Shown: positions 55,152 through 64,000 of the stretch, in pieces
How the letters are laid out: each line of letters begins with the position of its first letter
Position numbering within the stretch: the first letter of the stretch is position 1
Assembly: GCA_965197475.1 (NCBI GenBank)
Contig: CBDANF010000003.1
Span: forward strand, 608,001 to 672,000
Reading direction: 5' to 3'
From: Candidatus Poribacteria bacterium
Lineage (GTDB): Bacteria; Poribacteria; WGA-4E; WGA-3G
DNA length: 64,000 bases
Program-made: the position numbers and the translations under genes
Notes under the pieces: model-generated
Told to the model about the DNA's origin: nothing
Databases searched by the model: none
Seen by the model: only the letters and a program-made list of their open reading frames with translations

Positions 55152-56162
55152 ATGAAGAATAATGCTATACCGGTTGCCCAAAAAGCCTTAGATTCTACGG
55201 TACTCTTGGTTACAGAAGATGTCAACGATCAACCACTATCTTTTGGTAGTGGATTCTTCGTTGGGGATGATCTGATAGCTACTAATCTTCATGTTGTTCA
55301 TGGTGCTAAAAAATGCTTCACAAAACTGTTTGGTAAGGAAGAAATGTACGAAGTTGCAGGCTATATCGCTATTGATCCGGAAAACGATTTGATCGTTCTA
55401 AAGGTTCAAGACTTTAATGAACTAGTAGTTCCTCTTAATCTTGACGATAATATTTCTGTTTACATTGGCGAAACAGTTTACGCCGTAGGCAATCCAGAAG
55501 GGTACGAAGGTACTGTCTCGGATGGCATTATAAGCGGCATCCGCGATGCCAACAAATTGATTCAGATGACCACTCCAATTTCTCATGGGAGCAGTGGTGG
55601 CCCCGTAATAAACAGCAATGGTAAAGTGATAGGAGTTTCTGTTTTAAGTTGCATCAATGGACAAAATCTTAACTTTGCTATTCCTTCAATTTACGTTAGA
55701 AAATTGATTGAGAACGTAGAAGAACTAACCCCAAAGTACTTATTATTTTCGAAACTTGCAGGAGTAATATGGGTTAATGAAGAATTGAGATGGGTGGAAT
55801 CAGACAGGCTAATGAATACTTACCATTTCACCTTGTTAAATCAGCGGCGTAAAACCATAAGAAAAATACATTGTCTTGTCATCTTCAGAGGAAATAACAA
55901 CGAGTTAATTCATATAGATTTTTGGGAGTCTTCAGAGGAAATACCAGCTGGAGAAAAAAAGAATATAATTCGGAGTAGTATTTTCGACATTTTCTCAGGA
56001 GAACAGATCGAAGATTTTGAGGTTGACGACATACTCTTTGCAGCAACAGTATTTGGTAGCCAGGGTTCGGACCTTAATGCCCGTAGTCTTATCTCACCTA
56101 AAATTAAGCAGCTAGCGAAAACCTACGAAGTTAAAGTAGTTAATTTTGAAGTAGTAGAATAA
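55152..56162 (+). CDS. Trypsin-like serine protease paralog without signal peptide
   Basis: GSGFF, ATNLHV, DLIV, SHGSSGGP; colinear with the upstream paralog. Confidence 0.88.
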   Translation: MKNNAIPVAQKALDSTVLLVTEDVNDQPLSFGSGFFVGDDLIATNLHVVHGAKKCFTKLFGKEEMYEVAGYIAIDPENDLIVLKVQDFNELVVPLNLDDNISVYIGETVYAVGNPEGYEGTVSDGIISGIRDANKLIQMTTPISHGSSGGPVINSNGKVIGVSVLSCINGQNLNFAIPSIYVRKLIENVEELTPKYLLFSKLAGVIWVNEELRWVESDRLMNTYHFTLLNQRRKTIRKIHCLVIFRGNNNELIHIDFWESSEEIPAGEKKNIIRSSIFDIFSGEQIEDFEVDDILFAATVFGSQGSDLNARSLISPKIKQLAKTYEVKVVNFEVVE

Positions 56163-56349
56163 ATGAAACTACTGAACAATCGTGTTTGATGTGTAGAGGT
56201 CAAGTACCAATACCGTTTTACAGAATATTGTTTTATCCACACTTCTGATTTTATCCCCTTATCTGAACAGGACTAAATATTCTCTTGACACTCTGCACAG
56301 TACCACATATAATAACCCCAAAAAACCCACATCTATGCGGAGATTTCAC

Positions 56350-56982
56350 ATGCCAACAATCGAAAAAGTTTTTGACTCACCTGGTCCACAACCTAACGGA
56401 ATGCAAGCCACCGAAGAAGGTCTCTGGATTCTTGACCAACGGAGCAATGAAGTGCATCTCGTCTTTTTTGACGGTGTAGTGAAAAAGACACTTGCCACTG
56501 GCTCAGACAAAGGGAGCGGTATAACACACACTGGCACAACCCTCTGGCTTGCCTCTACCTATAGCTGCGAAATCCTGTTGACCGAACCAGAAAACGGCAA
56601 AACCCTTGCCTCTTTTGATACACCTGGTGCTGGACAGACAGGTGCACACGGCTTAGAATGGCGCGACAATAAACTCTGGATGGCGGTGCCACCCTCAGCC
56701 ACTATCTATCAAGTTGATGTTGAAAACGATTTTACAGTTATTCATAAGTTCCCTGCGCCTGGTGGCAGACCGCACGGCATCGCATGGATAGGGGACGACC
56801 TCTGGTGCGTTGAGACGAACCACCGCGCAATCTATCATCTCAATCCACAAGATGGCAGCCATCTGAACAAAATTGAGATACCGGAACCACACCCCGAACC
56901 GCATGGCATGACCTACTGGGACGGATACTTCTGGTATTGTGATGCACACACAACCGCTGTCTGCCGAGTGGCACTATCCTAA
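56350..56982 (+). CDS. Glutaminyl-cyclotransferase-like beta-propeller protein
   Basis: Repeats PGPQPNGM, GAHGLEW, RPHGIAW, EPHGMTYW. Confidence 0.7.
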   Translation: MPTIEKVFDSPGPQPNGMQATEEGLWILDQRSNEVHLVFFDGVVKKTLATGSDKGSGITHTGTTLWLASTYSCEILLTEPENGKTLASFDTPGAGQTGAHGLEWRDNKLWMAVPPSATIYQVDVENDFTVIHKFPAPGGRPHGIAWIGDDLWCVETNHRAIYHLNPQDGSHLNKIEIPEPHPEPHGMTYWDGYFWYCDAHTTAVCRVALS

Positions 56983-57764
56983 TGAAAACTATCGGACGAC
57001 TCTTAGATATGGGAAAAAACTGCGCGGCGATGAACATGGCAATTGATGAAGCAATTCTGATCGTGCAGAAGGAACATCCAAACCCAACGTTGCGGTTTTA
57101 CGATTGGACTACACCAGCATTCAGTTTCGGCTATTTCCAAGATATTGCCTCAGAAGTGGACGTTGAGGCATGCCGTGCAGAGAACATTGAATTGGTCAAG
57201 CGGATGACCGGCGGCGGCACGGTCGTGCATGGGTGGGATTTAACCTACACGCTAATTCTTCCACGCCATGCTGGAGAAATGGGTGTTTCCGATGCGTATC
57301 AACAAATAGGAAAAAGTCTCGTCAAGGCGTTTGCAACACTTGATATTCCAGCAAAATGTTACGGTACCAGTGCCGATCCCTCACAATCTTCCCAAAATAT
57401 TTGTCTGACAAATCCCGCTGAAAATGATGTGATGTGCAACGATAAAAAACTGGCAGGTGTCTCGGTCCGACGCAACCGAAACGGTGTGATGTTTCAAGGA
57501 TATATCTCATTGAATATGCCGCCAGACCCCATCCTCAAACGCGTTTCAAAACATACTGAGATTCAACAGATGCTATATGAGAAATCTGCAGCTATTAATA
57601 ACGAAGGACGTTTCTTCACCAGAAACGATCTCATCCGATCAATCTGTGAAACATTTGAGGTTGGAATTGCGTTTAATATAGGAAAACTGTCGCTAACAGA
57701 GAAGGCACAAGCAGAGATGTTAGTTAATACGAAGTATGCTACGGCAGCGTGGAATTTTCACTGA
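56982..57764 (+). CDS. Lipoate-protein ligase A / LipM family protein
   Basis: NMAIDEA, PTLRFY, RMTGGGTVVH, KKLAG. Confidence 0.9.
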   Translation: MKTIGRLLDMGKNCAAMNMAIDEAILIVQKEHPNPTLRFYDWTTPAFSFGYFQDIASEVDVEACRAENIELVKRMTGGGTVVHGWDLTYTLILPRHAGEMGVSDAYQQIGKSLVKAFATLDIPAKCYGTSADPSQSSQNICLTNPAENDVMCNDKKLAGVSVRRNRNGVMFQGYISLNMPPDPILKRVSKHTEIQQMLYEKSAAINNEGRFFTRNDLIRSICETFEVGIAFNIGKLSLTEKAQAEMLVNTKYATAAWNFH

Positions 57765-57969
57765 TATTGAGCCTTTTCATTAGAACTTAGATATATCCAG
57801 TTTTGGCACATATAAATCGGGCTTACAAAGTTCCCCTCCCACAAGATTGCCTCGCGACAACTGAATGCTCTGATTTGAACCAATTTGACGTTGACATGAA
57901 GGTAAATTCAGAGTACACTCTTGCAAACTAAAGTAAAACGACACCATGTCGCTTCTATAGGGAGAAACA

Positions 57970-58809
57970 ATGGACCCGCTTTGTTTAGAACACTGTTTGA
58001 CCGAAACAGAAAAACAACAATTTGAAGATAACGGTTACTTTATAGTTGAGGATGCCGTTCCACAGGATATAGTTGAGAAGTTGATTGTTGCTTTTGACCG
58101 AGTCGGCGCGGAACACTTGGGCAAAGACGAACTTCCTCCCAAGGCAAGTTTCAACATACTTGACTTCGTTGGTAGGGATGAAATTTTTATTGAGCTGCTG
58201 GATTGGCACACAACGTTTCCGAAAGTGTGGGGAATTTTGGGTTGGAATATCAAACTCTATCACTCACACATGATTGCGCTGCCGCCTGAAGAACACGACA
58301 AACGTAGACGGCTTGGATGGCATCAAGATAGTGGACAACTCAACATTGAATTGGAAGGTAACCCGCGCCCGCGCGTATCGCTGAAGGTTGCATATTTTTT
58401 GACCGATACATCTGTGCCGGGACGCGGTAACTTTTCTGTCATACCGGGCAGCCAAAAATTCAACAAGGTAAAAATGCCTGAAGATGATAAGGCTAACCCT
58501 GAAAACGCTACCCCTGTATTTGCCAAACCCGGAACGGCAGTGTTTTTTGACCGCAGGTTATGGCACGCAGTCGGACGCAATACTTCTGATATCATTCGTA
58601 AGGTGATTTTCTACGACTACAGTTACCGTTGGCTGCAACCTCGGGACAACATGACTGTGGAACACTATATGAAAAAATCCGACCCAATTCGTCAGCAGAT
58701 TTTGGGCAAAAGCACAGGTGGGATGGGGTATACTTCCCCTGGTGACAAAGACGTTCCGCTCCGCGCATGGATTCAGGAAAATCTTGGTTCCGAAGCAGTT
58801 GCACGTTAG
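57970..58809 (+). CDS. Phytanoyl-CoA dioxygenase (PhyH) family protein
   Basis: FEDNGY, WHQD, VIPGS, PGTAVFFDRRLWH (HxD...H). Confidence 0.9.
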   Translation: MDPLCLEHCLTETEKQQFEDNGYFIVEDAVPQDIVEKLIVAFDRVGAEHLGKDELPPKASFNILDFVGRDEIFIELLDWHTTFPKVWGILGWNIKLYHSHMIALPPEEHDKRRRLGWHQDSGQLNIELEGNPRPRVSLKVAYFLTDTSVPGRGNFSVIPGSQKFNKVKMPEDDKANPENATPVFAKPGTAVFFDRRLWHAVGRNTSDIIRKVIFYDYSYRWLQPRDNMTVEHYMKKSDPIRQQILGKSTGGMGYTSPGDKDVPLRAWIQENLGSEAVAR

Positions 58810-58839
58810 TAAAATTACGGGCGGGCACACTGACCTACC

Positions 58840-61800
58840 CTATGAAAAATGATCAGGTAGTTTAACCATCCTGTTCGCGGCTAATTGGAAAATCCCTGTT
58901 TGGATAAACTTTTTTAAGAGAGGGTTTATCTGCTGAATAATAGCTTTGCTGATAGATTTGTAACCGAAAAGTTTAGCGGCTTCCCTTATCAACGCTTCAG
59001 GTGTGATAGCACCTTGTAAGGTTAGAACAAGCTTCATTGCCTCAACAATTTCCTCTTCACATATCCACTCAATTTTGGGTTTGGTCCGACAACGAACCTT
59101 TATCTCTCTATGGTTTGTTGCCCACAGAAAATCACCATTCTTATAAATAAGTTTGTCTCTTTGGGCAGCTGCTACACCCTTCTCAATCTTATTTTTAATT
59201 CGCTCTCCTGCTCGTTTTAATCCCCAGAGTTGACGGATTCGAAGGGCAACCAAGTCAGTATGAACAGGACTCTCGATTTTTACAACCTCTCTCACGGCTT
59301 TGGCGAGTTGGGATGTAGTTTGCAGGTGCAGCTCACCTTGCATTTGGATTTCTAGATCTTTACAAGTTTGGTAATCCTGAACATGGTCTGCAATAGAGAG
59401 AGGTTCCGAGGGATTCAGATTGGGTTCAGAAGGGGCCGGCTCGGATGGTTTTGGCGGATCAATAGGTTCTGGTATTGGAACTGGTGACAATTTTTCAGTT
59501 TTGGCACTCTCAATAGTCTCCAAAAGCCGCTGTCTTGTTTCCGCACGATTGCGATACCAATCTGTTGACCAAATACGGTGGAGTTTCCATCCTAAGCTTT
59601 CAAGTTGCTGCTGTCGTAATCTATCCCTATCTCTTGCTACAGGTGAACTGTGATAAGGTGCTCCATCACATTCAATGCCGATAAGATAACTTCCGGGCGC
59701 GGTTGGATTGACCACCGCCAAATCAATCCGATAACCTGCATGCCCAACCTGTTTTCTGACAGTGTAACCTTCACTTCTCATAAATTCATACACAGATTCT
59801 TCAAACGGAGACTCAAGATCAGGATCTGACGGTTCAGATCTATCTACTGATAGATTTCCTGTTTCAGCATATTCAAGAAAAGTCTTCAGGGCTTTCACTC
59901 CAATAGACGTATTATCTTCTAATTGAAGATCACTGGCACGAAAGTTTGAGAAGACAACACACTTCTCGCGAGCACGCGTGATAAGAACATTCAAACGACG
60001 TTGTCCACCATCGTTGTTGAGAGGACCAAATCTTTTGTAGAGTTTTCCTTCCTTGGTAAATCCATAGCCGACACTTATAAAAATAACGTCACGTTCATCA
60101 CCCTGAATTGTTTCCAGATTTTTAACGAAAAAATATTCATCTCGGTTGCTCGCAAAAAATTCTTCCATTTCTGGTTGCTGCTGGAGTTGGACTTCAAATT
60201 CGTCAAGAATTGCTTGTTGTTGTTTTACGCCAAAGGTCCCTATGCCAAGACTTTTATTTGGATAATTTCGGTAATGCGCAAACGCTTCTTTAACGACAGC
60301 TTGTGCCTCTTTTCGATTAGTTCCTCGGTCATAGACAGCATCACGGATATGCACAAGTTTTAGTCCTAAGTGTTCTGACTTATCAATAGCCGAAGGAAAA
60401 ATAAGCATGCTGTTGTCATAGAATTCCTGATTGGAAACAGCGATAAGGGACTCGTGTCGACTCCGATAATGCCATTTCAGTTCCTTTACAGGAAAACTTT
60501 GCCGGCATTGGTTTAAAATACTTTCCATGTCAATGATTGAGACGGTAAAATCATCTTCGTCTTCTTCTTCAGCATCGTCAACAATTTTATCAAAAAAACG
60601 GGTAGGAGGTAGTTGTCGTGTATCACCAATAACAATAGCTTGTTTACCTCGCAAAAGCGCACCAAGCGCGTACTCTGGTCGAATTTGGCTTGCCTCATCA
60701 AACACAATTACATCAAATTCAATCATTTGTGGATCGCAGAACTGTGCTACAGAGAGCGGACTCATCATAAAGCAAGGTTTTATTCGTTGGATTAACCCAC
60801 CAACAGCTGTTAACAACTCTCTAATACGCATAGCATTAGGACCTTTCGTTAGGCCAAATTGTGCTTGTAATTTTCCTGTTTCTGACTCTTGAGATGCCCC
60901 TTTATACAAGCGAGGACGGTTCTGGTGTAATTGAGTAACGAGACGCAGGCGATTCAATTTAATAATTTCTTTGTCAAGTTCGCGGAAACCTGCTATCTTT
61001 CTTTCATGTAGATTAAAGACAAAATCGCGCAGTTCAGGTCGGTCATGAAATGCTTTGTGGAGAAAAGCATCAGCAATATTTCCCTCAAAGCATGAAACTA
61101 TGTCCTCTGGTGCAAGCATATCGTTTTCAATTCTATTAATTAGTGGTTGCGCAACGGTTTGTTTGCAAGCGTCGCGACATCTTACATACGATTCCCACGG
61201 TTGGAGGCGGGTTAATCCTTGCTCCCATAATTTGAGGCGCGAACGTAGTTCAGCGAAGGGGATTTCTTTGGATCCTACACCAAATAAGATATTTGCATCG
61301 GTACCAAGATGATTAAACAAAGCATCACGTTGTTGCGTAAAATCGTTTTCTGCAATTTTAACCTGGTTGACGAGATCTTCAATTTGTTTCTGATTTACTC
61401 CAATGCTGACTATATCAATAACTTGTTCTGTAAAAATACCTCCAATTAGTTGTGTGCGAAAATCCACAATCCATTCTACAAATTCGTTTAGGCGTTTTAG
61501 CTTGCTATCTTCACCGTGCCAGTATCTACCAAATAAATCCTGTCCTGTTTGTTCCATATCTTGAATCTCTGCTCGGATTTCAGTACATTGTGACAATTTC
61601 GCGAGGTCTGTGATAAGTTGTTCCGGTTTTTTAGGCAGATCACCGATGTCGTCGTGGATGAATTGTATCCATGAATCAAATAACGGTAGTTCTGTTTTCC
61701 ACATTTCAAGCCGTGAAGAGATTTCAGTGAAGGCTACATCTTCTGCATCTAAACCGAATAGGGTTTTGGAGTCAAGTTCAAGTTGGCTGAGTAGGGTTAC

Positions 61801-64000
61801 GTATTCTCCCACAAATTCTTTGTGTTTTATTTTGGCTTGCTCAATAAGGTTTTTCAGGCGTTCACTTTCAATTCCTTCACTAACAATATCTACTGACCTG
61901 TCAATCAGCGTACCATCAAGAAGCTCTTTCCGAAATAACACAATCCATTCCGCAAACTGGCGGAGTTGGTTAGGATCGCTATCTTCTGCTTTCCAATAAG
62001 ATCCAAATAGAGACCGTCCATGCTGCTCCAATGCCTGTATCTCTTTTCGCATGTTAATACAGCGTGCTAATTCATCAAGGGAGGCAAGAATTTCCTCAAT
62101 TTTGCGGGGTGGTTTATCTTTGTAAAAGCTGCGAATCTGCTTTTTAATAGAATTGTATTTGCTGTGGAAGAGTCGAAAAAGCGGAAACATCCCACACAAG
62201 TTTCTATATTCATCATGCAGTGAGTCAATTTCTCGTTCCAAAGCTGCTGGTTTGAAAATAGTCAGCGCATGTGTCAGAATTTCCTGAACGTTTTCAACTT
62301 GCTTAATAAGTTTTTCAGCTTCAGGATTGGGACTATTCCATGCTTCATTGAGTAACATTTCTTGCTCAACAGGAATTGACTTTTCCATCACATCTGCGGC
62401 ATTGAGCATGGACTGGAAACCTTCAGGTGTGCTGATGGGTTGGATGCCGCAAATTTCCTCAATATCACGGATTGTCTCTTCTAAAGCGCGTGAAGCTTCC
62501 GAGGTACTGATGAGTTGATCAGTGTTAAACTTGGCGTGGGCCTCAACAATGCTTTTCTGCACGTCTTCAACTTTCCTGATTAATATACCAGACTCAAGGT
62601 TTGGGTGATTCCAAGCATCGTTTAATAAAACCTCTCGTTCAACAGGGATTGCCTTTGATACTACACTACCACCTATCAAGGCTTGTGGTAAGGTTTCCAG
62701 CATCGTAGGGATGTGAAGCGCACAAACATCAACGAGATCGTGAATTGCTTTTTCCAAAGCATCCAAGGCATTAACGCATGTTCCAATTAACGTTTTCGTG
62801 TGTTCTATGTAGACAGGTGTTACGATGTCAGGTTTGCAACCACGCCAAGGATTATTAGATATAGGAGTTACAAGAGGCAGTATAGTTGCGAGCTTATTAA
62901 GACATTCCTTTGCTGTGTCCCAACAATCCGGTGTAGTTTCGGATGGATTAGCAAACGTAATCCACGGCATGTCGCGCTCAACCTCTTCAAAATGACATTG
63001 TGCCATTTCGCGAATTCCAAAAAGTGTAAAAGGAGACTTTTGTGTCTGATTAATAGGTTCATGGAGTGCATTGGGATAGGCGTTGAGGATCTTTTTCTGG
63101 CTATCGATTTGATCAAAGATCTGATTCTGCCATGTTTTTTTCGGAGGATCTGCAGAACAAGTTCGTTCAAGTTCCTCTAACACCTTTTTCCTATTAGATT
63201 TGTGACTGTGCAACTCCAAGCAAAAGTCACCGAGTCCAACACTGCCAAGCCGTTCTTTTACGACTTCAAGCGCAGCCATCTTCTCACTGACAAAAAGCAC
63301 TTTTTTGCCAGCAGCAAGAAGTTCGGCAATCATATTTGCAATAGTTTGAGACTTGCCAGTTCCCGGTGGACCTTCAACTACCAAATTACGTCCTCTTTTA
63401 ACTTCTTCTATGACTGCAATTTGAGAAGAATCTGCGTCCATCACGTGATAGAAATCTCGACTTGGTACTTTGTCAACTTCTTCCGATCTAAACTCACCAT
63501 TTCCAAGTAGTTGAGGTGATTTTCCAAGGACCGCTGCAAGTAAAGGATGTGTTCCTATTGCCCATGCCTTTGAGCCCAAATCATTGTACATTACAAATTT
63601 GGTGAAACTGAAAAAATCAAGATAAATATCTGGTACAACACGCCAGTTATCCTGGTGGGACACTGCACCAGTCACAGCATCAAAATAGGTATCAACAGCA
63701 GTTTTATCCTCAAACGTTTTAAGATCGGGAAGTTCAACACCTTGATCTCTAAGTTTGGCATCCAGAGATATGTTTGGTAATATTTCTGCCCCACTCCAAC
63801 AAAGGCTGAATCGGGTGCGAACCTTTTTATGTTGTTTTAACTCAACTGGTATCAGAATTAGTGGTGCCTTGATAAACTGATTGGAATGTTTAATTTCTGT
63901 CCATTCGAGAAAGCCAAGGGCAAGATATAGTATGGAATAACCCTGTTCTCTAAAGACTGTTTCAGCCTGTCTATGAACATAGGATAACTTTTTGAGGAGT
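58840..64000 (-). CDS. DUF4011-SF1 helicase-Vsr-like nuclease-DUF3320 protein (Hhe-like), 5' end outside the window
   Basis: Frame open to the window edge (EQGYSILYLALGFLEW...APLILIPVEL); GPPGTGKSQT; FDEASQ; GDTRQLPP; HYRS; QGDERD; RRLNVLITRAR; ESPFEE...IDLAV...GIECDG. Confidence 0.9.
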   Translation of the reverse strand, partial: LLKKLSYVHRQAETVFREQGYSILYLALGFLEWTEIKHSNQFIKAPLILIPVELKQHKKVRTRFSLCWSGAEILPNISLDAKLRDQGVELPDLKTFEDKTAVDTYFDAVTGAVSHQDNWRVVPDIYLDFFSFTKFVMYNDLGSKAWAIGTHPLLAAVLGKSPQLLGNGEFRSEEVDKVPSRDFYHVMDADSSQIAVIEEVKRGRNLVVEGPPGTGKSQTIANMIAELLAAGKKVLFVSEKMAALEVVKERLGSVGLGDFCLELHSHKSNRKKVLEELERTCSADPPKKTWQNQIFDQIDSQKKILNAYPNALHEPINQTQKSPFTLFGIREMAQCHFEEVERDMPWITFANPSETTPDCWDTAKECLNKLATILPLVTPISNNPWRGCKPDIVTPVYIEHTKTLIGTCVNALDALEKAIHDLVDVCALHIPTMLETLPQALIGGSVVSKAIPVEREVLLNDAWNHPNLESGILIRKVEDVQKSIVEAHAKFNTDQLISTSEASRALEETIRDIEEICGIQPISTPEGFQSMLNAADVMEKSIPVEQEMLLNEAWNSPNPEAEKLIKQVENVQEILTHALTIFKPAALEREIDSLHDEYRNLCGMFPLFRLFHSKYNSIKKQIRSFYKDKPPRKIEEILASLDELARCINMRKEIQALEQHGRSLFGSYWKAEDSDPNQLRQFAEWIVLFRKELLDGTLIDRSVDIVSEGIESERLKNLIEQAKIKHKEFVGEYVTLLSQLELDSKTLFGLDAEDVAFTEISSRLEMWKTELPLFDSWIQFIHDDIGDLPKKPEQLITDLAKLSQCTEIRAEIQDMEQTGQDLFGRYWHGEDSKLKRLNEFVEWIVDFRTQLIGGIFTEQVIDIVSIGVNQKQIEDLVNQVKIAENDFTQQRDALFNHLGTDANILFGVGSKEIPFAELRSRLKLWEQGLTRLQPWESYVRCRDACKQTVAQPLINRIENDMLAPEDIVSCFEGNIADAFLHKAFHDRPELRDFVFNLHERKIAGFRELDKEIIKLNRLRLVTQLHQNRPRLYKGASQESETGKLQAQFGLTKGPNAMRIRELLTAVGGLIQRIKPCFMMSPLSVAQFCDPQMIEFDVIVFDEASQIRPEYALGALLRGKQAIVIGDTRQLPPTRFFDKIVDDAEEEDEDDFTVSIIDMESILNQCRQSFPVKELKWHYRSRHESLIAVSNQEFYDNSMLIFPSAIDKSEHLGLKLVHIRDAVYDRGTNRKEAQAVVKEAFAHYRNYPNKSLGIGTFGVKQQQAILDEFEVQLQQQPEMEEFFASNRDEYFFVKNLETIQGDERDVIFISVGYGFTKEGKLYKRFGPLNNDGGQRRLNVLITRAREKCVVFSNFRASDLQLEDNTSIGVKALKTFLEYAETGNLSVDRSEPSDPDLESPFEESVYEFMRSEGYTVRKQVGHAGYRIDLAVVNPTAPGSYLIGIECDGAPYHSSPVARDRDRLRQQQLESLGWKLHRIWSTDWYRNRAETRQRLLETIESAKTEKLSPVPIPEPIDPPKPSEPAPSEPNLNPSEPLSIADHVQDYQTCKDLEIQMQGELHLQTTSQLAKAVREVVKIESPVHTDLVALRIRQLWGLKRAGERIKNKIEKGVAAAQRDKLIYKNGDFLWATNHREIKVRCRTKPKIEWICEEEIVEAMKLVLTLQGAITPEALIREAAKLFGYKSISKAIIQQINPLLKKFIQTGIFQLAANRMVKLPDHFS

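Noticed and set aside
57795-57830. IS end remnant sharing AGCCCGATTTAT with 34893
   Set aside because: Only a 12-bp match and no partner end; too weak to call

Overview
Bacterial chromosomal window. The gene content (WD40 proteins with a C-terminal FlgD-Ig/T9SS-like 'QNYPNPFNPETWIPY' domain, ECF sigma factor-TM-beta-propeller fusions, CotH/lamin-tail protein, PhyH and heparinase-like enzymes) is typical of Candidatus Poribacteria; this assignment is an inference. Left to right: a truncated secreted protein preceded by about five tandem sigma70 promoters; a MITE/REP-rich region with a 190-bp tandem repeat, a DtxR-like box and a multicopper-oxidase-like remnant; Fe3+ ABC binding protein and permease; DUF4956 and CotH; an RpoE/anti-sigma/RseB-like module; a WD40 protein; a TIR-bounded element carrying only two DUF1670 genes; four ECF-sigma fusion paralogs (two interrupted by an in-frame TAG-CAA, one truncated next to stacked ISs); tgt; a cobalamin riboswitch ahead of a beta-propeller and a lipoprotein/S-component-like fusion; queE, heparinase-like and esterase genes; a sigma54-driven porin-amt-amt locus split by IS3; an IS5-like element; an AT-rich ABC-ATPase + PIN + two-protease cassette; and a large DUF4011-helicase-nuclease (Hhe-like) gene running off the right end. 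No rRNA, tRNA or CRISPR array was seen. All family assignments come from motif recognition by eye, not database searches.
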